Positions 1 to 11,477 of a DNA stretch of 64,000 bases are shown here, piece by piece. Positions within the stretch are counted from its first letter, which is position 1, and the number at the start of each line of letters is the position of its first letter. Below the pieces are notes generated by a model, which worked only from the letters and a program-made list of their open reading frames with translations, was not told where the DNA came from and ran no database searches. Both the position numbers and the translations under genes were made by a program. Source of the stretch: Scenedesmus sp. PABB004 (taxonomy: Eukaryota); assembly GCA_014905635.1 (NCBI GenBank), contig JABVCE010000003.1, positions 186,001 through 250,000 of the forward strand. The letters are read 5' to 3'.

Positions 1-2631
1 GCGGTTGTGCGGCGACGCGCCGGCGGCGATTGCCGCGGCCGCCACCGCCTTGACCGCGCTGGGCCGCCTGCTGCGGCGCACCGCGAGGCCCTCCTCGCTC
101 CCGGCGCCGCCGTCCGAGCCGCTGCCGTCCGAGCCGCTGCCGCTGCTGCCGCTGCCGCTGCTGCCGCTGCTGCCGCTGCCGTCGCTGCTGCCGCTGTCGT
201 CCGACGCCAACGCCGCGCCTGCCTTGCGCGACCCGCCGCGGCCGCGCCCGCCGCCCCGCTCCTGCTTGGCCTGCCGCCGCCGCTTGCTCGGCCGGTGCTT
301 GCCCTCCGCCGCGTCGCGCCCTGCGCGCGCGGCGGCGGCGCCGCGTCAGTCCCCGCCCAGGCGCGCTGCCGGCCGCGGCCAGCGATGGCGGCGGGGCCCG
401 CGCGCCGCCGCGCGCGTGCCGCGCACCCGAGCCGCCGTCGTCGTCCTCGCTGTAGCTGCCGTCGTCCTCGTCGTCCGACGGCAGCTCCGCCAGCAGCAGC
501 GGCACGCCGCCGCCGCCGCTGCGGCGCCGCGCGCTGCCGCCGCCGGCCGCGTGCGCCGCGGCGGCGGCCGCCGCCGCCGCGGCAAACGCGCCGCCGCCGC
601 CGCCGCCGTGCGGGCTCTCGAGCGAGCCCGCGGAGCGCAGGCGCGCGAGGCGCAGCGCCTCCTGCTCGTGTGGCGGCTCCGCGAAGAGCTGCGCCCAGGG
701 CGTGTCGATGTCGTAGTCGGTGCCGTAGTGCTCGTTCACGAGAATGACGATGTCCATCTGCGGGCGCGTTGTGCTGGCGTGAGCGCGCACGTGCGTGTGC
801 GTGTGTGCGTGCGCGCGTGCCGCGGGGCGCCGCGCCGCGCCGCGCCGCGCCTTTGCGTCGCACGCGGGGCAGAGCCAGCCCTCGTCCTCGGGGATGTCGG
901 CGAGCACGAGGCGCGGGCACACGCAGGCCTCGTGGTACGCGCGGTTGCAGGGGCCGTCGCAGAGCACGAGGTCGTTGTCGTCGCTCGCGGTGCTCGCTCT
1001 GCACGCGGCGCAGAAGATGTCGGCCACGTCGATCTCGCCCTCGCTGTCCAGCGCCGACGCGGGGATGGCCTCGCCCGCGGCCACCTGCGCGCGCGCGGCG
1101 GCGCCGCGCCCGCGGCGTCGCGGTCGCGCGCGGCCGCGGGGGCAGCACACCGCGCGCCCGGCGCGCGGCCCGGGGCCTCGCGCTCTGCACCGGCGCGCCC
1201 GCCCCGCCCCGCCGCGCCGCGCCGCACCTCGTCGCAGAAGCGCGCCGCCTGGCGGATGACCTCCTTGCAGCGCGCGACCGTCATCTCCGCGCGCCGCATC
1301 TCGTCCGTCAGGCGCACCTTCTCGCGGCTGCGCCCGCGCGCGCGCCGCGGGCCGCGGGCGCGCGGGCGCGCGGGCGGGCGGCGCGTCGGCGCAGCGCGTG
1401 CGGGGCCGGCGGCCGCCGCGCGGCAGGAGGGGCGGGCGCCCCCTCGGGCTCTGGCGGCGCACGCGCGGCCGCGCGCCGCCGCCGCGCACGCGCCGCGCCG
1501 CCGCGCGCACCTCGCGCCCTTCCAGCCGTCGGCGGCGTACGTCGCCAGGAGGTGCTCCTCGGTGCCGATGCGCTGCAGCGTGTGCGTCACGCGCTTGACG
1601 GCGTGGACGTAGCTCGTGATCGGCCGGATGGGCCGCAGCCGCACGCTGCCCGTGGTCGTGGTGCCGCTGCTGCCGCCCTCGCCCGCCATCAGCGCGGCGA
1701 GCGGGCCCTTGCGCTTGCGCTGCGGTGACGGCTTGGGCTTGTTCTTGCTGCCCTTGGGACGCCCGGGGCGGCGCTTGGCCGGCGGCGCGGGCTCGGGCGA
1801 GCCGCCGTCGCTGCTCTCGGGCGGCGGCTTGGGCTTGTTCTTGCTGCCCTTGGGACGCCCGGGGCGGCGCTTGGCCGACGGCGCGGGCTCGGGCGAGCCG
1901 CCGTCGCTGCTCTCGGGCGGCGGCTTGGGCTTGTTCTTGCTGCCCTTGGGACGCCCGCGGCCGCGCTTGGCCGGCGGTGCGGGCTCGGGCGAGCCGCCGT
2001 TGCTGCGGCCGCGGCTGCCAGCCCCAGCCGCGCGGCCCCTGCTGCGGCCGGCGGCCGCGGGCTGCTCCGGCTCGCTGCCGCTCTCGCTGCTGCTGCTGCT
2101 GCTGCTGCTCGCCGCGCCACGCTTCCTTGCACCGCGCTGCCGCCGCCGCTGCGGGGCGCTGTCGTCGCTGCTGCCGTCGCCGCCCTCGCTGGCGCTGGAC
2201 GACGCTGGCGCTGGCGCGCCGCTGCTGCGGCGCGGGGCGCGCGTGGGCTTGAGCTGGGGCGCGGCGGCCCGCTCGCCGTCGCTGCCCTCCCCCTCGCTCG
2301 CCTCGCCCTCGTCGTCCGCGTCGTCCCCGCTGCTGCTGCTGCTGCTGCCGCCGCCGCCGTCGCGCAGCCTGGCGGGCAGCCGGCGCTCGCGCCTGCTGCG
2401 CGCGCGCAGCGGCGCCGCGGCCTCCTCCTCCGCGGACGGCTCATCGCCGGCCCCCCCGTCCTGCGAGGGAGAGGGCCGGCTGCTGCGCCGGAGCCGCGAC
2501 GGCTGCGCCGCGCGGCGCGACCGCTTCGCCGGGCGCGCCTGCTCGCCGTCGCTGCTGCTGCTGCCGCTGGCGGCGGCGCCGCTGCGTGCGTGGCCGTTGG
2601 CGGCCGCCGTGGCGGCCTTGGGCGGGCTCAT
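1..2631 (-). CDS. PHD-finger chromatin protein with three AT-hooks (PRH/HAT3.1-like); 3' end runs off the window
   Basis: ATG at 2631 (MSPPKAATAA). Three GRPKGSKNKPKP AT-hooks. Spliced exons give YAADGWKGA/SREKVRLTDEMRRAE..CKEVIR, then a PHD exon 1084-851 (IFCAAC..NDLVLCDGPCNRAYHEAC..IPEDEGWLCPACDAK), then MDIVILVNE from 757. This arrangement matches plant HAT3.1/PRH from recalled motifs. Confidence 0.8.
1730..2000 (-). repeat. Coding tandem repeat, 3 x 96 bp (32-aa AT-hook unit)
   Basis: ggcttgggcttgttcttgctgcccttgggacgccc recurs at 1730, 1826 and 1922. Confidence 0.95.
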
Positions 2632-3176
2632 GGCCCCGCCGGCTCGCTGCACCGGGGCGCTCGCCTGCGGCGGGTGCGGCGGGCGCGGCGCGGCGGCGGC
2701 CTCGTCGGACGGCCGGCTGCGCGGCCCGGCACGTCGGCGGGAGCGGCGGTGCGCTGGGCACTGCTGCCAGGCGCGGCCAGGGCCGGCACCGGCCGCGGGC
2801 GCGCGCGCGCCGCGCGGGGCGGTTGAACGCGCTCGCTGCCCGCCGCGCCCCGCACGGCGGACGAGCGATCGTAACAGCCCTGCCCTGGCACGCACCGCGG
2901 GAGGCAAGGCGTGATGAGGGCGGCAGAGGCCGGGCCGGTCAGAGATGCGCAGGTGCTGCTGCTGCTGCTGGCGGGCCGCTGCGAGGGCTGCCAGCGAGGC
3001 CTGGCGGGGACGGCTGACTGACGGGGAAGCCGGGGAGCGGCAGCCGAGGGGCGCTGGCAGGCTGGCGTTGAACCGCGCGCGCGCGCCGCAGTCGCGACAG
3101 CGCGGCGGCGGCGTGCCGCTCGCGGCTGGCCCGGATCCCCTCGCGCCGCTGCGTCGGTTGCACCCGCATGTTCCCG

Positions 3177-4044
3177 TCACTCCACGGGGCGGGCCCGCAG
3201 GATCTTGATGTCCGTGGTGGGCCGGTCGGTCGCGTCGGTCTGCACGTTGCCGAGGCGCTTGACCACGCCCATGCCGGAGCACACCCGCCCAAAGATGGTG
3301 TGCTTGCCGTCCAGGAACGGCGTCGGCGCGAGCGTCACAAAGAACTGCGCGCGGGCGGGCGGGCATGTGGGCGCTCAGCCGCGCGTGTCGCCGGCGCCGC
3401 CGCCACCGCGCCTCGCCCCGTGGCCTTCTCCCGCGCCTGGCTGCGGTTCGAGTCGGGCCCCGAGTTGGCCATGCTGAGGATGCCAGCGCCCGTGTGCCGC
3501 AGCTCCGAATGGAACTCGTCCTGCGCGGCGCGGCGCGGCCGCATCGGCCGCCGCAGGCGGGGCGCGCAGCCCCGGCCCCGCCCGCGCGCGCCGTCGCCGC
3601 ACCTCAAACTTGCCGCCGTAGATGCTGTCGCCGCCGCGCCCCGTGCCCGTGGGGTCGCCGCCCTGGATGACAAAGTCACGGATGATGCGGTGAAACTGCG
3701 GCACGGCGCGGCGCGGCGGCGCGCGGGCTCGCAGGACGGGCGGCGCGGCACGCGCGCCAGCACCGCCGCGGCCGCCGCCGCGCGCGCGCCTTCGTGCCGT
3801 CGTAGTAGCCGCGGCGCGCGAGCTCGCTGAAGTTTTTTGCCGTGCGCGGCGCGTGCTTGTAGTACAGCTCGACCGTGAAGCTGCGCGGCGCGACACGAGC
3901 GCCAGGCGGGCGCGGCCGAGCGTCGAGCGCCCTCGCCGCCGCCGTCGACGGGCGAGCCGGCGGCGCTCGTGCGAGCGCCGCCGCGCACAGCACGCGCGCG
4001 CACCTGCCCATGGACGTGTCGATCTGCACCTGCGGCGCCTCCAT
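3177..4044 (-). CDS. PPIL1: Cyclophilin-type peptidyl-prolyl isomerase (PPIL1/CYP18-2-like), 5 exons
   Basis: [134 protein letters not shown]. Confidence 0.93.
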
Positions 4045-4688
4045 GGCGCGGCCGCGCGCCCGCGGCGCTGCACTGCCGCCGCGCGGTGGCCGCCGCCGCC
4101 CGGCTGTGCGTGCGGCCGCCGCTGCCGCTGCTGCTGCCGGCTACTGCACACCAGGGATCAGCAGCGCCGGCCAGCCAGGCAGCAGGGAGAGCAGCGCGCG
4201 CCGCGGCGCGGCGGCGGCAGCAGCGGGCGGGCGGGCGGCGGCGGTGCGCAGCGGTTGCGTGCGGGCTGTGGTCAGGGAGGGCGGTCTGCGTAGCGAGCGA
4301 CTCAGAGCAGCACTGGCGCGCTGCGGGTCGTGCAGCCTGCTGGGGCTCGCGCATCAGCGTGGTTGAGCCCCCGCCCGCCGCGCTCCCCGAGTACTGCTGC
4401 CCTCATGCCCACCCGCCGGACCCGCCCGCCACAACGCTGCGCACCGCCTGCCGCGGCAACGGCGCATCAGACCGCGCTTGGCAGCAGCAGCGCGCGTCCG
4501 CTGCTGCTCCCGCCCGCCACGCCGCCCGGGCGGCCCGGCGCGCGGCGCGGCCACGGCCAGGGCTGACCAGCCCAGCGCTGACCGCATCTCAGCCCCCAGA
4601 CCGGCCGCCGGGCCAGCGGCGGCGGCGGCGGCGGCGGCGCAGCGCCGCGGAGCGCGCGCGGGCGGCGCCCGCGCGGGCGGTGGCCGCG

Positions 4689-5732
4689 ATGAGCTACAAG
4701 TCGGTCATGGCCAACTACTACCACGAGCAGCGCGCGCACGTGAAGAAGCTCAAGTCGATCCACGAGGAGAGCAAGAAGCGCAAGGAGCGGCGCGGCGAGA
4801 TCATCGGCGCGGCGGTGCGCGGGAGGGCAGGGCCGCCCGCCGCGCGCGGCGCCCGGCCCCTGCCCCTGCCAGCGCGCGCGCGCGCCGTCCACGCCGTGCT
4901 TTGCGCGCCGCGCGTGGCGTCAGGCACCCGACCCGCTGAGCAACCTGAGCGTCGCGGGGACGGCATGCAAGCTCGTGCGCAGCGCAGACGCGCACGCCGC
5001 CAACGAGGCGGGCGAGAGCCTGGTGCCCTGGAACGGCGACGCCGCCAACCTGATCGACCGGTGCGGCGCGGGGGCGCGGGGCGTGGGGCGCGCGCGAGAG
5101 CGGCCGCCGCGCCGCCGCGCCGCCGTCCCCGCCGCCCCACGCCCGCCCCCGCCGCCCGCACTGCCCGCCGCCCGCGCGCCGCAGGTTTGACGTGCGCGCG
5201 CTGCTGGACTTTTACAAGGAGCCCGACCCGCGCGTGCTCGCGGCGCAGGCGGCGCGGCGCAGCGCGGAGGAGGTGAAGCTCGAGGAGGTGCGCGGCACGC
5301 GCGCAGCACGCAGCACGCAGCACGCAGTGCACGCGGGGCCGGCGCGTGCCCGCGCGCGCCCCCGACCCCGCGGCGCCGCTTCCGCGGCGCGCCGCGCGCG
5401 CAGACGCTGCGCTTCGAGGCGTTCCGCGACCTCGTGCGCCTCATGGCGCGCGGCGTGAGCGAGGCGGCGGGGCTGGCGGTGGTCGAGGCGGACAGCCTCG
5501 ACCGCCGCGCCGCCGAGGCGGTCGCGCTGCAGGCCGCCAACGACGCGGTCTACCACAAGACACCCGGCGTGGGCCCCGCCGCGGGCGGCGGCGGGCCGGG
5601 CTTTGCCGTCGGCGGCGTGGCGGGGCAGGGCGGCGTGTCGGCGGGCAGCGGGGTGTACAGCGCGATGGGGTTCAGCTACGACTGCGGCGCGGCGGGGCCC
5701 GCGGGCCAGGGCGGCGCGGCGGCGCTGTCGAG

Positions 5733-5763
<31 letters not shown>

Positions 5764-7348
5764 GACGACAGCGACAGCGACGGCGGCGGCGCCGGCGGCG
5801 GCGCGCCGAGCAGCGCGGCCGAGGTGGCGCAGGAGGTCGAGGACGAGCGCGTGGACGCGATCGCGGAGCGCCTGGGGCTGGCAGACTTTGTGTACCGCCT
5901 GCACCGCGCGCAGGAGCGCGAGGGCGAGGAGGAGGCGCGCATGCGCAAGCGCCCGCGGTGAGCCGCGGCGCGCCGGCGCCCTCGCCCGCGGCGGCGGCGG
6001 CCCTGCGCCTGCCCGGCAGCCTTCGTCAGCCCTGCGGCGGCCGCTCACACGCCCGCCCGCCCGCCCGCCCGCCCGTGCGCCCGCCGCGCCCGCGCCGCGC
6101 CCGCGCCGCAGCAAGCGCCTGAGCCGCAAGGCGGCGCGGCAGCGCGCCCGGCGCATGGCGGGCATGGGGCTCGACCCCAACACCGGCCTGCCCGCGCGGC
6201 AGGCGGACCCCTACAGGGACCCCCGCGCGCTCGCCAACAACCCCTGGCAGGTGCGCGGCGCGGCGGGGGGCGCGCGGAGGGCGCGGCGCGCGCGCGCTGT
6301 GCAGGCCTGGCCGCGAGCCCCCGCGCGCGCTCCGCCGCGGCCGCCCCGCAGGACGACGGCGACGCGCGGCGCGGGCGCTCGCCCTCGCCCGACCGGCCCG
6401 GCCACCGGCGCGGCAGCCCCAGCTACGGCGGCGGCGCGCGGCGCGCGCGCGACCGCTCGGCCTCGCCCACGTGCGCGCGGCGCGCGCGCGCCGCTGGGGG
6501 CGCGCGCCGCGCGCCCGTGCCGCCGCCGGCCGCCGGCGGGGCCGCGCGCGACCTCGCTGCCCCGCCGCCGCTGCCCCGCCGCAGGCTGTCGGGGCCGGCC
6601 GGGCGGCAGTACATCACCGAGTTTGTGGGCGGCGGCGCCCGCGGCGGCGAGCCCGCGGGGCACGGCCACGCCACACAGTGAGCGCCGCCGCTGCCGGGCT
6701 GGGCATGGCTCCCCCTCGCTCTCCCTCGCTCCCTCTCCCTGTCTCCGTCTCTCTGCCGCTCAGCCGCGCGCGCGCGCTGCCGCAGGGCTGGCTTCATCGA
6801 CGCGCTGCCGGACCGCCCCGACCCCGCCATGCTGGGCGGCATCGAGGCGGTCGCCCGCGACGCGCTCACCGTGCAGGGCGTCAAGTGCGCGCGCCGCCGC
6901 CGCCCGGCGCGGCCCGCCCGCCCGGCGCGGCCCGCCCGCCTGCGCGCCCGACACCTGGTGCCGGCCGTGCCGGCGCCCCTCTCCCCGCCTGCCCTCCAGC
7001 GCCCGCCGCCGCCGCCCCGCCTGCCCGCCAGGCGCGAGGACCTGCACCGGCGCCTGCGCCAGGCGGCCGAGGAGGAGGTCCCAGCGTACAGCCGGCGCCG
7101 CTCGCCGTCGCCCTCGCTGTACCGCCCACTGAAGCCCCCGCCCGGCGCGCGGGGGTCCGGCGGCCGGCGCAGCCGCAGCCGCAGCCCGCGCCGGAGCCGC
7201 AGCCGCAGCCGCAGCCGCAGCCGCGGCCGCAGCCGCAGCGCCGGCAGGGCGCGCCGGCGCAGCCGCAGCAGGAGCGGCAGCAGGGAACGCGGTGTCGGCC
7301 GCCGCCGGGAGAGCAGCAGCCGGCACGGCAGCCATCGCCGCCGCAGCG

Positions 7349-7386
<38 letters not shown>

Positions 7387-8281
7387 CAGCGCCGCCGGGA
7401 GGGTGACGCCGCGCGCGCGCCCAGCAGCCGGCGCAGCAGCGACGCGAGCGGGGGCTCAAAGCACGGCGGCCCCAGCCACGCCGCCGGCGCGGCGGTCGCC
7501 AGCACAGGCGGCCGCGGTGCAGCTGGCGGCGGCGCAGCTGGCGCGGCGGGCGCCAGCACGGGCGACCGCGGTGCAGCTGGCAGCGGCGCAGCTGGCGCCG
7601 GCAAGGTGTGTGTGTGTGTATGTGGGGGGGGGGGGGTTCGGGCGGCGCGCGGGCTGAGCTTGGCGGCCAGCGGCGGCGCCTCGCGCGCCCACCACGCCCG
7701 CCGGCGCGGCCGCAGGCTGCCGCGCCGCTGCCGCCGCCGGCCAAGGAGAGCGCCCAGGAGCGGCTGAAGCGGCTCATGCAGGCGCAGCTGAACAAGGCGG
7801 CGCAGAAGGACTCGCTCGCGAGCGCGCAGAAGAAGATCCAGGTCTGTGCCGCGCCGCGCTGCCGCTGGCGGCGACGCGGGCCGGCCGGATGGGGCCGAGG
7901 GGCCCTTTTTTGGGGGGGGGGGGGCAGCGAGGCCCAGATCTGGGGCGCCACAGCGGGCGCTGCGCAGCCGCTGCGCTGTGCGGCGCGAGGTAGGGTAGGT
8001 GGCGCCCCGCAGCGGACGGCCCCGCCTCGCCCGCGCCCTGCTGACACGCCGCCGCCGCTGCACCCGCTGCTGGCCCCCTCCTCCCGCGCGCCGCGCCACG
8101 CCCCCGGCCGGCTGACTGGCGCCAGGCGGAGCGCGACAAGGTGGCGCGGCAGCAGATTGACCGCCTGGCGACCGCCGGCGGGCGCAGCGGCCGCTCGCCC
8201 TCGCCGGGCCGCGACTGGGACGGCTGGGACCGCTCGCGCTCGCCGCCGCGCTACGGCGGGCGCTCGCGGCGCTCCTCCTAG
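4689..8281 (+). CDS. CLASRP: CLK4-associating SR-rich protein-like (SWAP N-terminal/DRY_EERY domain plus RS domain), multi-exon
   Basis: MSYKSVMANYYHEQRAHVKKLK..; LVPWNGDAANLIDR/FDVRALLDF; RS-dipeptide tract 7170-7390; KESAQERLKRLMQAQLNK; TAG at 8279-8281 and TGTAA at 8351. Confidence 0.8.
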
Positions 8282-8392
8282 CTCAGCGCGCCGGCGGCCG
8301 GGGGTGTGAGGGCGGTGTGCGTGGTGGGGTGGGGGGGGGGGGGGCAGCTGTGTAACCCTCTGCGAGCGCTCCTTGTCTGTGGTCACGGGCAG

Positions 8393-8958
8393 TTGCGGCT
8401 GAAGCGCATCCTGTTTCTCCGTCGCTGTAGTTACGTGGTTAGAATTCCACGTTGTGGCCGTGGAGACGCGGGCTCGAATCCCGCCAGCGACAGACGTTTT
8501 AAACACTTTTGGACCCATTTTGGACGCAAAATGTGTCGCAAAGTGATGTGGTGATGTTTTGGGGCGGCGCGGGGCCGCTGCCGTGACGCCCGCTGCTGGC
8601 CCGCTGCTGCTGCCGCCGCTGCTGCCGCCGCTGCTGCCGCCGCTGCTGCTGCCGCTCGCGGCCATGGGTGTCGACAGCAGCAGCAACAGCACTGAGCAGC
8701 AGCACGGGCGCGGGGCCCAGCAGCGGTGACTGCATGCTGGCTGCGGTCGTGCGGCGGCCGCGGTGCAGCGGCGGGGTTGGGCGCCCCAACCGCGCCGCGC
8801 CCCGCCCACGCCAGTCCGCAGCGCCTCCGTCCACGCACTGCCCTCCGTCCACCGCCGGTACGACGAGCGCTGACACGCCAAGACCAGGGCGCCAGGGGCC
8901 GGGGAGCATCGGCCGCTGCCGCACCGCCCTTGCCGCCGCCGCGCCGCGGCGCAGGCCG
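8393..8958 (+). repeat. Left arm of ~565-bp inverted repeat (partner 13751-14315), contains tRNA-His
   Basis: ttgcggctgaagcgcatc...gcgcaggcc is the reverse complement of 13751-14315, with scattered substitutions and small indels. Confidence 0.95.
8421..8492 (+). tRNA. trnH-GUG: tRNA-His(GUG), variant copy with altered D-arm/A-box (possible pseudo-tRNA)
   Basis: Acceptor stem GTCGCTG/CAGCGAC, anticodon arm CCACG-TTGTGGC-CGTGG, T arm GCGGG-CTCGAAT-CCCGC, T4 terminator at 8497. Reads TAGTTACGTGG where the partner copy has TAGTTTAGTGG. Confidence 0.85.
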
Positions 8959-10035
8959 CACCCGCGCCGCGTCCGCTCCGTCCCGCAGGGAGTATGCCTG
9001 GAAACCAGGACGCGGCGCGCGGCGGTGGCGGCGGCGGGGCAGGGCGCTCCAGCGCCCGCGCCTGCTGCTGCTGCTGCCGCTGCGGCGCCGCCGCCGCGGG
9101 GCCCGGCCGGGCCCGGGGCGCCGCGCGGCCCGCGCGGGACGTGCAGCGCGCTGTGCGACGGCCCGTCATCGCGTCGCCGCTGCGCGCTGCGGCGGCGGCC
9201 GCATAAAGCCGCCCCGCCCCCCTTTCCCCCCAACGGCGCCCCCGCGATGCGCTGGATCCCACACCCGCGCCGCCGCCCGCGCCGCGCCACGCTTTGGCCG
9301 CGCCGCGCCGCGCGCCGCGCGCGCCCGCCATGGCGGCCCCGGGGCCGCCCCCGCCGGCCCTGGGAGCCGGCGGGGGGCCGCCCGCCCCCGCCGCCCCCGC
9401 GGGCGGGCCGCCGCAGCAGCAGCAGCAGCAGCAGCAGCAGGGCGCGGCGGCCGCCGCGGCCGCCGCGGCAGAGGCGGCGGCCGCCGACAGCGACGCCGAG
9501 GCGGCCAACGACGACGACGACGGCGCCGGCGGCGGCGGCGGCGGCTGGGCCGCCGGCACCGGCGCCCCGCGCGGGGCCGAGGTCACGGCGGCGGCCGTCG
9601 AGCAGCATACGGCACAGGGCGTACGGCAGCGACTGCCTGATCGTCTGATCGTCTCGGCCGTAATCGCCGCGCCCGACGAGCGGCGCTGCGCGGAGCAGGT
9701 GCGGTGGGCGGCGCGCGCGCTCGTCGACGCCGGCACGCCCACGAGCTGCATCGCGCACTCGGGGAAGGTGCGCGCCGCGCCGCGCCCGGGCAGCGCCCGA
9801 GGCGGTCACGGTCGCGGCTGGGCCGCGCGCGCGCGCCGTCGCGCCCGCGCCCCACGCCCCAGCCCCGACAACCCCCGCCGCCGCCGCCGCCCCGCCCTGC
9901 GCCCCCGCCGGGACGCCCCGACGCCCCAGCCGCGCCCCGCCGGCCGCCTGTCCGCCGCGCGCTTCACCATGGTGCTGGTGTTCCCGGTGCGCCGGGGCGA
10001 CCTCGCGCGCGGGCACGCAAGGCGGGCGCGCCATT

Positions 10036-10073
10036 GTTTGGAGGTTGACCGCGGCCGCGGTCAACCTCCAAAC
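10036..10073. repeat. Perfect 38-bp palindrome
   Basis: gtttggaggttgaccgcggccgcggtcaacctccaaac is its own reverse complement. Confidence 0.97.
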
Positions 10074-11371
10074 CACCTTGTGTGCCCGCGCGCGCCCGGG
10101 GCCGCGGCGCGGGGCGGGCTGGGGCGCGCGCGCGCGCAGCCTGCGCCGGCGCGCCGACTGCTCCCGCCGGCGTGCCGCCGCCGCCGCCTCCGCCGCCGCC
10201 GCGGCCGCCGCGCGCGCGGCCGCCCACGCGCGCAGGGGCCGTCCTTCCTGCACGTCGCGCACGGCGGCGACTACCCCGCGCGCGTGCTCGCGCTGCTGAC
10301 GCTCGCGGTGGGCAACCCGACCGCGCCGTACAGCATCGCCGTGCTCGAGGCGCTGGACATGCGCTGCAAGCCGGCCGACTGGGCCAAGCCCGAGGCGGGC
10401 AAGCTGAGCGCGGCGGCGGTCGCGCACCACGCGTACACGCACGCCAAGGGCATGCTCGGTGCGCGGCCGGGGGAGGCTCGAGGGCGCTGCCCGCCTGCGC
10501 GCCGCGGCGGGGCGCGCGCCGGCGCGTTGTCTTGCTCGCTTGGCTCACCCCCGGCCGCCGCCGCTCGTCCGCTCTCGCCCGCAGTCAAGGCGCTCTACGC
10601 CCGCGCGGCGGACGTGCTCTGCGCCAGCGTGCAGCCCGACGCGCCGGGCGCGTCGTTTCTCGACCCCGACTGCGCCGTCAAGCTCGACCACCTGAGCGCG
10701 GAGCAGCAGCGGCGGCCTGCCCGTGACGCAGCATGCGCGCGCTCGCGCGCGCGCGTGCTGCGTGCTGTGCACGCGCGAGTGCGTGCGACCTGTGCCGCGC
10801 AGCACGGCGCGTGTGACCGCACGCCCGTCCACACGCCCCCCCACCCCCTCCCCTCAGGCTGAGCGCCGTGGGCGCGCCCGTGCTGGCGATGTTTGCGGGC
10901 GGCGTGCTGCTGCCGCTGCTGCGCCTGATCGACGGGCCCGACGGCGTCATGGGCCTGCTGCTCCCCCGCAAGCGCATGGGCATGCTGGAGCTGAAGGTGC
11001 GCCTGCGCGCGCGAGGGCCCTGCCTGCTGCCGCTCTGATCAGAGCGCGCGTGCCGCCGCGGCGCCGCGCCGCCGCGCTGACTGCCACGCCCCGGCCCGGC
11101 TGCCCCTCCCCTCCCCTCCCCTCCCCGCCGCGCCACACAGAACCTTGTGCGCCTCGAGATTCACAGCAGGACCGCGGGCATCCCGCTCGGCCTGGCGGCA
11201 GTGTACCACCGCGGCGAGCGCACGATGACTGCGTTCTACGCCGAGGCGCGCGCGGACGGCTTTGCCGTGACCGTGGGCCTCGCCGAGGGCCCCGGCGACG
11301 GCGAGTCGGTGGCGCTCGTGCACCGCCCAGTGGCGTTCCACTTCCACGGCCGCGAGCCCGACAACGGTCCG

Positions 11372-11477
11372 CACGAGCTCGTCCAGCGCGGTTTGGACGT
11401 CCACGTCGAGCTCACTGATCTCGACCTTGACAAGTGAGCTCGACGTGGACGTCCGGACCGTGCTGGACGAGCTCGTG
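11372..11477 (+). repeat. Inverted repeat/hairpin, 45-bp arms with 16-nt loop
   Basis: 11372-11416 pairs with 11433-11477. The three differences are all G-U pairable on the + strand. Confidence 0.95.

Noticed and set aside
3437..3460. Cyclophilin motif NRSQ instead of NGSQ
   Set aside because: This variant occurs in other cyclophilins and the catalytic residues are intact.
8497..8560. Dicistronic tRNA-snoRNA downstream of tRNA-His (GTGATG motifs)
   Set aside because: A T4 terminator precedes it, the motifs are GTGATGT rather than RTGATGA, and no suitably placed D box or terminal stem is present.
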